Assembly: GCA_964648665.1 (NCBI GenBank)
Contig: CAZYOA010000004.1
Location: forward strand, 52,894 to 116,893
DNA: 64,000 nucleotides
Direction: 5' to 3'
From: an uncultured Planctomycetales bacterium
GTDB taxonomy: Bacteria; Omnitrophota; Gorgyraeia; Zapsychrales; Aceulaceae
The translations under genes were made by a program, and so were the position numbers. The notes beneath the pieces are model-generated. The model was not told the origin of the DNA, searched no databases, and was given only the letters and a program-made list of their open reading frames with translations. Position 1 is the first letter of the stretch; every line of letters begins with the position of its first letter. Below are positions 55,686 through 64,000 of the stretch, piece by piece.

Positions 55686-58600
55686 TGATATAAAAAAGAT
55701 TTTGTTGATTGGTTCGGGTCCAATTATTATTGGACAAGCGTGTGAATTTGATTATTCAGGAACACAGGCTTGCAAGGCGCTGAAAGAAGAGGGCTATGAA
55801 GTTGTGTTGATTAATTCAAATCCAGCGACGATTATGACTGATCCTGAGATTTCGGATGCGACATATGTCGAGCCTTTGACCCTTGAGTTTGTTGAACGTG
55901 TCATTGAAAAAGAAAGACCGGATGCACTTTTGCCAACGCTGGGAGGACAAACAGGGTTGAATCTGGCGATGAAAGCTTCTGAAAAAGGTATTTTAGAAAA
56001 ATATAATGTTGAATTGATTGGGGCACCTTATGATGTTATTAAGAAAGCAGAAGATCGAGAGTGTTTTAAAGAAGCTGTATTGAAAGTTGGTCTTGAAGTG
56101 CCAAGAAGTGCTTTTGCTCATACAATGGATGAAGCTCGCAAATCTGCAAAGAAAATAGGATTTCCTTTGATTGTTCGACCAAGCTATACCTTGGGCGGAA
56201 CGGGGGGAGGACTTGTTTACAACAAAGAAGATCTTGAGAAAACAGCTTTCTTAGGCCTTGAAAGTAGTATGAATAATGAGGTTTTGATTGAAGAGTCAAT
56301 TGAAGGATGGAAAGAGTATGAGCTTGAAGTTATGCGAGACTGCAAAGATAATGTTGTTATTATTTGCTCTATTGAAAATATTGACGCCTTAGGTGTTCAT
56401 ACAGGAGATAGCATTACCGTGGCTCCGGCTCAGACTTTATCTGACAAAGAATATCAAAGAATGCGTAATCAAACGCTTGCATTGATTCGTGAAATTGGCG
56501 TGGAAACAGGTGGATGCAATGTTCAGTTTGCTGTGGACCCCGCAAACGGCCGCATTGTTGTTATTGAGGTTAATCCTCGTGTGTCTCGAAGCTCTGCCTT
56601 AGCATCAAAAGCAACAGGATTTCCAATCGCGAAATTTGCAGCTAAGCTGGCTGTTGGATATTCTTTAGATGAGATTCAAAACGATATTACAAGAGAAACA
56701 CCTGCTTCATTTGAACCTACCATTGATTATTGTGTAACCAAAATTCCAAGATTTACATTTGAGAAATTCCCTGAGGCTGGGGATGCCCTTGGTGTTTCGA
56801 TGAAGTCTGTTGGCGAGACGATGGCTATTGGACGGACATTTAAAGAGTCTTTGCAAAAAGGATTGCGCGGTCTTGAGATAGGTCATATTGGGCTTGATAA
56901 TAAGTTAAACTTTGAAGATATTTCTGATGAAAAAATTATTCAAAGATTAAAGGTGGCAAATGCGTCTCGAATTTTTTACATTAAATATGCGTTTCAAAAA
57001 GGAATGAGTGTTGAAGAAATCTTTGAAATGACAAAAATTGATCCATGGTTTCTTTCAAATATTTCTGAATTAGTTGAGTTTGAAAATAATCTTAAGAGCG
57101 AAGCGATTAATAATAAAGAAATCAGTGAAGAATCTTTAAAACAAGCTAAGCAGTGGGGATTTAGCGATGCGCAGTTAGCCCAAATTTTTTCAATAACAGA
57201 AAAAGAAATGCGTACATTTAGAAAAGAAAAAGGTATTTGTGTGGTCTTTAAGCTAGTTGATACCTGTGCTGCTGAATTTGAAGCGTATACACCATATTAT
57301 TATTCGACTTATGAAGATCAGGCAGAAAGTAAAGTCGAAGATTCAAAGGAAAATAAAAAGAAAAAGATTATGATTTTAGGTGGCGGTCCGAATCGAATTG
57401 GACAAGGCATTGAATTTGACTATTGTTGTTGCCATGCGTCATTTGCTTTAAAAGATATAGGTTGTGAAACAATTATGGTTAATTCAAATCCGGAGACGGT
57501 TTCAACGGATTACGATACTTCAGATCGTCTTTATTTTGAACCGTTAACGTTTGAAGATGTAATGAATATCGTTGAAGTAGAAAAACCTGATGGCGTGATT
57601 GTTCAATTTGGCGGACAAACTCCTCTTAATCTTGCACATGCTTTAGATGAGGCTGGCGTACCAATTATTGGAACTACAGTAGAGTCGATTGATCTTGCGG
57701 AAAATAGAGAAAAGTTTTCAGAATTTATTTCTAAGCTTGGACTTTCTCAGCCAGAGAATGGATCAGCTTTTTCTGCTGATCAAGCCATCGAGATTGCACA
57801 AAGAATTGGTTATCCGGTTTTAGCTAGACCGTCATATGTTTTAGGCGGCAGAGCTATGAAAATTGTTTATGACAAGAAATCTCTTTTAGAATTTATTGAA
57901 GAAGCTAAAGATGTTTCGCAAGGACATCCAATTCTTATTGATAAGTTTATTGAGGATGCGATTGAAGTTGATGTTGATGGAATTTCTGACGGAGAAGATG
58001 CTGTTGTTGCCGGGATGATGGAGCATATTGAGAATGCGGGTATTCATTCAGGTGATTCGGCGTGTGTTTTGCCACCTCATACATTGAGCCCTAGATTGAT
58101 TGAACAAATTAGAAAAAATACATGTGATATTGCAAAAGGATTAGGCGTTGTTGGTCTTTTAAATATTCAGTTTGCTATTAAAGGTGACATTATTTATGTT
58201 CTAGAAGTTAATCCTAGAGCGTCTCGAACAGTTCCTTTTGTTAGTAAGGCAACGGGTGTTCCTTTAGCAAAAATTGCTTCGCAGATTATGGTGGGTAAAA
58301 AAATATCTGAATTTAAATTTGTTGATATTGAAAGTCTTGAATATATTTCAGTTAAAGAATCTGTTTTACCTTTTTCGCGTTTTTCTGGAGTCGATATTGT
58401 TCTTGGTCCCGAGATGAAATCAACTGGAGAGGTTATGGGAATTGATAGTACCTTTGGCGCCGCGTTTGCTAAAGCACAGGCTGCTGCTGGTCAATCTTTA
58501 CCTCAGGATGGAAAAATTTTCTTAAGTGTTAATGATTGCGATAAACGTAACATTGCGTTTTTAGCTAAGAAGCTTGTAGATATGAATTTTGATCTTCTTT

Positions 58601-58911
58601 CAACCAAGGGAACAGCTCGCGTGCTTAAAAAAAGCGGTATTGATGTTCAATCTATTGGTAAGGTTGGCGAAGAAAAGAATAATTTGCTTAATTCAATTAA
58701 GAAAAATAAGATTAATTTGGTTATCAACACGCCATCTGGAAAGCGAAGCCAATCAGATATGAGAGCGATTCGGGCAGCTGCAATTTTGCACAATGTTCCG
58801 TGCATTACGACGATCCAGGGTGCATGGGCTGCAATTAATGGTATTGAATCTAGTAAAGAAAAAGTTTTTTCTGTTAAATCATTGCAAGAATACTATAAGA
58901 AGGAAGTTTAA
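55672..58911 (+). CDS. carB: carbamoyl-phosphate synthase large subunit
   Basis: At 1079 aa it has duplicated ATP-grasp halves and a C-terminal MGS-like domain. It overlaps carA by 14 nt. Confidence 0.95.
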   Translation: MPKRNDIKKILLIGSGPIIIGQACEFDYSGTQACKALKEEGYEVVLINSNPATIMTDPEISDATYVEPLTLEFVERVIEKERPDALLPTLGGQTGLNLAMKASEKGILEKYNVELIGAPYDVIKKAEDRECFKEAVLKVGLEVPRSAFAHTMDEARKSAKKIGFPLIVRPSYTLGGTGGGLVYNKEDLEKTAFLGLESSMNNEVLIEESIEGWKEYELEVMRDCKDNVVIICSIENIDALGVHTGDSITVAPAQTLSDKEYQRMRNQTLALIREIGVETGGCNVQFAVDPANGRIVVIEVNPRVSRSSALASKATGFPIAKFAAKLAVGYSLDEIQNDITRETPASFEPTIDYCVTKIPRFTFEKFPEAGDALGVSMKSVGETMAIGRTFKESLQKGLRGLEIGHIGLDNKLNFEDISDEKIIQRLKVANASRIFYIKYAFQKGMSVEEIFEMTKIDPWFLSNISELVEFENNLKSEAINNKEISEESLKQAKQWGFSDAQLAQIFSITEKEMRTFRKEKGICVVFKLVDTCAAEFEAYTPYYYSTYEDQAESKVEDSKENKKKKIMILGGGPNRIGQGIEFDYCCCHASFALKDIGCETIMVNSNPETVSTDYDTSDRLYFEPLTFEDVMNIVEVEKPDGVIVQFGGQTPLNLAHALDEAGVPIIGTTVESIDLAENREKFSEFISKLGLSQPENGSAFSADQAIEIAQRIGYPVLARPSYVLGGRAMKIVYDKKSLLEFIEEAKDVSQGHPILIDKFIEDAIEVDVDGISDGEDAVVAGMMEHIENAGIHSGDSACVLPPHTLSPRLIEQIRKNTCDIAKGLGVVGLLNIQFAIKGDIIYVLEVNPRASRTVPFVSKATGVPLAKIASQIMVGKKISEFKFVDIESLEYISVKESVLPFSRFSGVDIVLGPEMKSTGEVMGIDSTFGAAFAKAQAAAGQSLPQDGKIFLSVNDCDKRNIAFLAKKLVDMNFDLLSTKGTARVLKKSGIDVQSIGKVGEEKNNLLNSIKKNKINLVINTPSGKRSQSDMRAIRAAAILHNVPCITTIQGAWAAINGIESSKEKVFSVKSLQEYYKKEV

Positions 58912-58913
58912 CT

Positions 58914-60287
58914 GTGTGTGGAGTCGTTGGAGTCTCAAATCATAGCGAAGCAGCAAAGATAGTTTTCTTGAGCTTATATGCATTACAGCATAGAGGAGAA
59001 GAATCTTGCGGTATTGTTTCTTTTGATGGAAAAAAAGTTCATATGCAAAAAGCAAGAGGCTTGGTGGCTGATTGCTTTAATGAGAACATTGTTGAAGGTC
59101 TTAAAGGAAGCTTTGCGATAGGCCATACGCGATATTCAACAACAGGATCAAGCAATGCAAAAAATATTCAACCATTTTTAGCGACACACAAAAATAGACC
59201 AATTGTTATTGCGCATAATGGAAATTTAACAAATACAGAAGATCTCTGTGATGAACTTGAAGAACAAGGTTCTATTTTTCAGACGACAATGGATTCTGAG
59301 GTTATTGTTCATCTTTTGGCTAAAACAAGAAACGGTGATATCAAAACTTGGATCAAGCAGGCGTTGATGCGCTTGAAGGGAGCTTTTTCTCTTGTTTTTA
59401 TGATTGGCGATGTTTTAGTTGGAGCGCGGGATCCTTTTGGATTTCGACCTTTATGTTTGGGAAAAAAAGATGATGCGTATATTTTGGTTAGCGAGACGTG
59501 TGCTTTGGATTTGATTGGTGCTGAGCTTGTTCGTGAGATTGAACCTGGAGAAATTATTCTTATAAAAGATGGCAAGATCGAGAGTGCTTATTTGGAAAAG
59601 AAAGAAAAGAAAGCGCATTGTATTTTTGAAAATATTTATTTTGCTCGCCCAGACAGTCATATCTTCGATGATAATGTTTATTTGGTGCGAAAACGCTTAG
59701 GTCGTCAGCTTGCCAAGGAGTATCCAGTTGATGCCGATTTTGTTATGGCGATTCCGGATTCTGGAAGTTATGCAACGGTTGGGTATGCAGAACAATCTGG
59801 TCTTCCTTTAGAGATCGGCATGATTCGAAATCATTATATTGGTCGAACGTTTATTCAGCCAAGTCAATTTTTGCGAGAATTTAGAGTGCGTGTGAAGCTA
59901 AATCCAATTCGAGATGTTTTAAAAGGAAAGCGCGTTGTTGTCGTGGAAGATTCTATTGTGCGCGGCACAACAAGTCGAAGTCGAGTTGAAGAACTTAGGC
60001 GTGCGGGAGCTAAAGAAATTCATTTTAGAGTGACATGTCCACCTATTACATTTCCTTGTTTTTATGGGATCGATTTCCCAACTAAGGAAGAATTGATTGC
60101 ATCTAATAAAAGTATTCAAGAAATTGCTGATTTTATCAAAGCCGATTCTTTGGAATATCTAAGTCTCGACGGTATGTTAAATGTTATGAAAGATTCTAAT
60201 GCATTTTGTCATGCGTGTTTTGATGGAAAATATTCGGAGCAGATTTCAAAGAATCAAAGTAAATACTTGCTTGAAAAAAGTTGTTAA
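58914..60287 (+). CDS. purF: amidophosphoribosyltransferase (glutamine PRPP amidotransferase), GTG start
   Basis: The N-terminus MCGVVGV has the Ntn Cys at position 2. A PRT domain follows. It starts 3 nt after the carB stop. Confidence 0.9.
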   Translation: MCGVVGVSNHSEAAKIVFLSLYALQHRGEESCGIVSFDGKKVHMQKARGLVADCFNENIVEGLKGSFAIGHTRYSTTGSSNAKNIQPFLATHKNRPIVIAHNGNLTNTEDLCDELEEQGSIFQTTMDSEVIVHLLAKTRNGDIKTWIKQALMRLKGAFSLVFMIGDVLVGARDPFGFRPLCLGKKDDAYILVSETCALDLIGAELVREIEPGEIILIKDGKIESAYLEKKEKKAHCIFENIYFARPDSHIFDDNVYLVRKRLGRQLAKEYPVDADFVMAIPDSGSYATVGYAEQSGLPLEIGMIRNHYIGRTFIQPSQFLREFRVRVKLNPIRDVLKGKRVVVVEDSIVRGTTSRSRVEELRRAGAKEIHFRVTCPPITFPCFYGIDFPTKEELIASNKSIQEIADFIKADSLEYLSLDGMLNVMKDSNAFCHACFDGKYSEQISKNQSKYLLEKSC

Positions 60288-60331
60288 GATTTTAACGTAT
60301 AGCTTAAAAGTTTCAATGATAGGAATCATCT

Positions 60332-61936
60332 ATGAGTAAATTTATTTTTGTTACAGGCGGCGTTGTTTCAAGTCTTGGAAAAGGCATTGCTTCTGCTTCG
60401 ATCGGAAAGATGCTCGAGGACAGAGGATTGTCTACGACTACAATTAAATGTGATCCATATCTTAATGTTGATCCAGGAACCATGAGTCCTTTTCAACATG
60501 GAGAAGTTTATGTGACTGATGATGGCGCGGAAACAGATCTAGACTTGGGTCATTATGAACGCTTTACAAATGCCCGTGTTGGTAAGGATAGCAATATTAC
60601 GACAGGGAAAGTTTATTTCGCTGTTATTTCAAAAGAACGTAAAGGTGAGTATCTCGGGAAAACTGTTCAGATTATTCCTCATATCACAGATGAAATAAAA
60701 AATAGAATTAAGAAAGTTGCAAAATCTCGAGACGTGGATGTTACGATTGTTGAAATTGGTGGAACGATAGGTGATATTGAAAGTTTGCCATTTTTGGAAG
60801 CAATTCGACAGATGAAATGGGAAATAGGTTCAAGCTATTGCATTAATGTGCATGTGACATTGTTACCTTTTATTAAGTCTGCTGGTGAGCATAAAACGAA
60901 GCCAACGCAACATAGTGTAGGACGCTTGCGCGAAATTGGCATTGCTCCTGATATTTTATTATGTCGAACAGAAAAGCATATGACTAAAGATCAGAGGGAA
61001 AAGATTGCTCTTTTTTGTAGCGTTGATCGCGAAGCTGTTGTTGAAGCTATTGATGTTAAGCATATTTATGAAGTTCCGCTTTTGCTTAAGAAAGAGGGAT
61101 TGGATAATTTAATTCTAAGAAAATTAAATATTAAAAGGCCAGATAGTGATCTAAAAAGATGGAAAGATTATGTTGTAAAGCGATTAAAAAATCCTGCCAA
61201 AGAGGTCAAGATTTCTGTCGTTGGAAAATATATTTCATTGCCTGATGCGTATAAATCAATTTATGAAGCTTTAGTTCACGGTGGAATTTCAAATAATACT
61301 AAAGTTGTGATTAATAAAGTTGATTCTGAAGATATTGAAAAGAATAACGCAAAGAAATATCTTAAAGATTCTGATGGCATTCTTATTCCTGGTGGATTTG
61401 GAACTAGAGGCATTGAGGGAAAAATACGTGCCGTTCAATATGCTCGAGAAAATGATATTCCATTCTTCGGAATTTGTTTAGGAATGCAGATCGCATCGAT
61501 TGAATTTGCTCGCAATATGTGCGGATGTAAAGGAGCAAATTCAACAGAATTTGACAAAGGAACAAAGCATCCCATTATTAGTCTTTTGGAAGAACAGAAA
61601 AAGATAAAGAATATGGGAGCGACAATGCGACTAGGTGCGTATCCTTGTAAGTTGCAAAAGAAAACAAAAAGTTTTCAAGCTTATAAAAAAGAAGGCATAT
61701 CTGAAAGACATCGTCATCGTTATGAATTTAATGATGAATATCGAAAAACTTTTGAAAAAAAAGGTGTTGTCTTTTCAGGGATTAATATAAAGAAAAAGTT
61801 GGTTGAGATTCTTGAGCTTAAAAACCACCCATGGTTTGTAGCTTGTCAATTTCATCCTGAGTTTAAATCAAAACCAGACAAGGCGCATCCTTTGTTTCAG
61901 AGTTTTGTAGCTGCATCTTTGGCAAAGAGATCTTAA
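60332..61936 (+). CDS. pyrG: CTP synthase
   Basis: At 534 aa the N-terminus [19 protein letters not shown] is diagnostic. The C-terminal GATase has GICLGMQ. Confidence 0.95.
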   Translation: MSKFIFVTGGVVSSLGKGIASASIGKMLEDRGLSTTTIKCDPYLNVDPGTMSPFQHGEVYVTDDGAETDLDLGHYERFTNARVGKDSNITTGKVYFAVISKERKGEYLGKTVQIIPHITDEIKNRIKKVAKSRDVDVTIVEIGGTIGDIESLPFLEAIRQMKWEIGSSYCINVHVTLLPFIKSAGEHKTKPTQHSVGRLREIGIAPDILLCRTEKHMTKDQREKIALFCSVDREAVVEAIDVKHIYEVPLLLKKEGLDNLILRKLNIKRPDSDLKRWKDYVVKRLKNPAKEVKISVVGKYISLPDAYKSIYEALVHGGISNNTKVVINKVDSEDIEKNNAKKYLKDSDGILIPGGFGTRGIEGKIRAVQYARENDIPFFGICLGMQIASIEFARNMCGCKGANSTEFDKGTKHPIISLLEEQKKIKNMGATMRLGAYPCKLQKKTKSFQAYKKEGISERHRHRYEFNDEYRKTFEKKGVVFSGINIKKKLVEILELKNHPWFVACQFHPEFKSKPDKAHPLFQSFVAASLAKRS

Positions 61937-61945
61937 AATTTATTT

Positions 61946-63541
61946 GTGATGATTAAAACAAAAGCTTTCCAAAATTTCGTTTTTTTCTGCCTCTTCTTAA
62001 TCTTTCTATGTTTTGCGTTCTGGCCCGCGATATCTTCTAATTATGTTTATCATGACGATGCACTTTTCTTTTTAAAAACTCCAACTCGTCTTGAGGCTCC
62101 TGGGGCTTTTACAAATCTGCGTAATGGACGCTTTATCGGTTCACATTTATATATTGGTCTTGGTTTCTTAATCAATTCGGTGAGCGATCTTAAATTTGTT
62201 CGATTTTTAGGTGTTGCGATTATTGCTTGCTGCGCATTCTTATTTTCTTTGTGGCTTAGAAAGAAAAATATTTCTAGAATAAATTCTTTCTTGATTTCTT
62301 TGGCGGTTTTTACTTTGCCCTCTTTTCAGGTTGATGCTTCCCAGACAGCGATGGCGTACCAACCTGTAGCAATTTTATTTGCAGCTGGAGCTTTTTTTGC
62401 AGCGTATCGAATTTCTATTTCCGATAAAATTATTTCTAGAGTTTTAAATGGGTGGTTTGTTTTGTCTGTTTTTCTGTTTTTTTGTGGACTAGCAACGTAT
62501 AAGCCAACGGCTATGTTTTATTGGACCATGGCCGGATGCACTGTATTGTTTATGGGATCTGAAGGTATTTTTGAAATAAAGAGCCGTATGGTTAATTTGG
62601 TTTTGCCTGCATTTGCGTCAATGGGAATATATGCCATTGTTCTTCAGCTGATCAAGCCGCTTTTTCCTCGTCCAGAATTGTTGGGATATAATTCCTATAA
62701 TGTTTCTTTTGATTTCCTTGGAAAGATTGCTTGGTTTTTCAAAGAGCCTTTCTTTAATGTTTTAAATTTGTGGAATATTTTTCCAAATAAACTTTTTGCG
62801 TTATTTTCTTTGTTTTTGATTATTTCTGCAATTATCTTAGAAATTCTTAAGAAAGAAAAGGCGCAGAGAAAGAAGCTTGTTAAAAGAGGGAGTATCTTAT
62901 GTTTGTGTTTGGGGGCTTTGGTAGTTTTAAGTTTTTTGCCGAATTTAATTTATAGCGGCAATATTTCGTATTATCGATGCATGGGTCCCTTGGCGGCGCT
63001 GGTTCTTCTTTTTATAATTTGGTCTGTAAGATCTTGGATTAATTTTATATTTAAAAATGGTAAAACAATTTTTACTTGTTTTCTTATTATTTTGAGTATT
63101 TCAGGAGTTGCTTTGGCTCATCAGACGATATTAAAATATCGTGTTTTACCAAGCCAGAAAGAATTTGAATTTGTTTTAAGTCAAATTCAAAGAGCTGATA
63201 TTAATCAATATCAAAGAATTTATTTTATTCGCCCAGAAGAGGAAAACTTAAAGAAGCGTGGTGATGAATTTGGAAGCCTGACAACAGTTTATGGGCATGA
63301 TATTGTCGGTCTTGTTTCGTGTGCCCTTAGAGAAATAGCTAAAGGACAATTAGAGATTCTTAACATACGCATTCATTATAAATCAAAAACAGTGCTGTTT
63401 ATTTTTAGAGCTGTTCAAGATAAAAGTAAGCGCATGAAGTATGAGATTATGATTGATTCTGGAACTATTTCTGAGATGCCAAAACATTTCTTAGGAAAAA
63501 CTCTTATTATTGATATGAGAGAATTTGAAAATAATGAATAA
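61946..63541 (+). CDS. polytopic membrane protein, possible GT-C fold glycosyltransferase (YfhO/DUF2723-like)
   Basis: At 531 aa it has about 10 or more TM helices. A YHDDALFF acidic motif lies in the first predicted extracytoplasmic loop, and there is a soluble C-terminal domain. The overall layout resembles the 8341-10041 protein. Confidence 0.35.
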   Translation: MMIKTKAFQNFVFFCLFLIFLCFAFWPAISSNYVYHDDALFFLKTPTRLEAPGAFTNLRNGRFIGSHLYIGLGFLINSVSDLKFVRFLGVAIIACCAFLFSLWLRKKNISRINSFLISLAVFTLPSFQVDASQTAMAYQPVAILFAAGAFFAAYRISISDKIISRVLNGWFVLSVFLFFCGLATYKPTAMFYWTMAGCTVLFMGSEGIFEIKSRMVNLVLPAFASMGIYAIVLQLIKPLFPRPELLGYNSYNVSFDFLGKIAWFFKEPFFNVLNLWNIFPNKLFALFSLFLIISAIILEILKKEKAQRKKLVKRGSILCLCLGALVVLSFLPNLIYSGNISYYRCMGPLAALVLLFIIWSVRSWINFIFKNGKTIFTCFLIILSISGVALAHQTILKYRVLPSQKEFEFVLSQIQRADINQYQRIYFIRPEEENLKKRGDEFGSLTTVYGHDIVGLVSCALREIAKGQLEILNIRIHYKSKTVLFIFRAVQDKSKRMKYEIMIDSGTISEMPKHFLGKTLIIDMREFENNE

Positions 63542-63601
63542 AGTTGTTTAAGGATAGTGAAAGTTTAGAAATTTGAAGAAATAATTGTGATAGTAGTTTA
63601 T

Positions 63602-63686
63602 GCGCGGGTGGCGGAATTGGTATACGCGCACGTTCGAGGGGCGTGTGGAGCAATCCGTGTGGGTTCAAGCCCCACCCCGCGCACCA
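63602..63686 (+). tRNA. tRNA-Leu (probable anticodon GAG), CCA encoded
   Basis: The acceptor stem is GCGCGGG/CCCGCGC, and the Leu-type D-arm (GGCGGAATTGGTATACGC) has a 3-bp D stem. There is a long variable arm and the T-arm is GTGGG-TTCAAGC-CCCAC, with discriminator A + CCA. Only one 7-nt anticodon loop fits (stem CACGU/GCGUG, loop UCGAGGG), which puts C rather than U at position 33. Confidence 0.7.
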
Positions 63687-63800
63687 AAAAGATGCTAAGT
63701 TTTTCTGGTGTGTGTATATAGTGATAAGAAAGCTGGCAAGACATTTTTATCTCAAGTATAATAAAAATAATTATTTATTGTAAAACGAAAGGGGAAAAAT

Positions 63801-64000
63801 ATGACTGATAGTTATATGTCGATTTTTAAGAAGAGCTTTGATTTGTTTTCAAAGAATATAAAAACTTTTGCTGTTGTTGTTGCGATTTTCTTTTTAGTGA
63901 TGGTTGTATTAGGAGTATTGTTTGGCGTTGCTTTTTCGATGACTCAGATAGACATGACAATGCTTGCCCAAAGCGTGAATCCTTTGGGATTGGTAGGTCT
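63801..64000 (+). CDS. 3'-truncated hypothetical membrane protein
   Basis: An ATG at 63801 has an RBS (aaaggggaaaaat). It has a hydrophobic N-terminal TM segment (FAVVVAIFFLVMVVLGVLFGVAF) and the ORF runs off the window end. Confidence 0.4.
   Translation, partial: MTDSYMSIFKKSFDLFSKNIKTFAVVVAIFFLVMVVLGVLFGVAFSMTQIDMTMLAQSVNPLGLVG

Noticed and set aside
1-64000. Mobile elements, CRISPR arrays and defence systems.
   Set aside because: No transposase or integrase-like ORFs, no direct repeat arrays, and no nuclease, helicase or methylase combinations were seen. The only compositional anomaly is the first kilobase.

Overview
This window reads as a low-GC (roughly one-third G+C) bacterial chromosomal segment with strong strand bias: all but two of about 50 genes are on the + strand. 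In order it contains: (1) A 5'-truncated glycine-rich Hep_Hag-type repeat protein with noticeably higher GC than its surroundings. (2) A housekeeping block of pheT, a probable 6S RNA immediately upstream of 5-formyl-THF cyclo-ligase, rny, ymdB, a PilZ protein, gltX and tRNA-Gln. (3) A GT-C/GT2 polyprenyl-phosphate glycosylation pair, an NAD(P)H dehydrogenase and an OMP-like protein. (4) A glycogen block: glgB, a DUF2582 winged-helix protein with a histone-H1-like tail, a GH57 enzyme and malQ. (5) A ~15 kb chemosensory supercluster containing a GspE/PilB-type ATPase with an N-terminal MshEN-like domain fused to a C-terminal receiver. The rest of that cluster is CheR-TPR, 2x CheW, an MCP, CheA-REC, CheB, a Cache-PAS histidine kinase and five stand-alone receiver proteins. 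(6) A translationally coupled pgmB-otsB-GH65 trehalose module followed by a thiolase. (7) A GAF-GAF-ANTAR regulator followed by three tandem ANTAR-type hexaloop-hairpin/terminator attenuators in the leader of a type III glutamine synthetase. (8) A co-linear glutamine hub: glutamine synthetase type III, a GATase1, nadE, a Fis-like mini-ORF overlapping gltB, gltBD, carAB, purF and pyrG. (9) A GT-C-like membrane protein and tRNA-Leu. I found no transposases, CRISPR arrays or recognisable defence genes. The most interesting candidates for new biology are the ATPase-REC chemosensory module and the ANTAR-attenuated glutamine supercluster.
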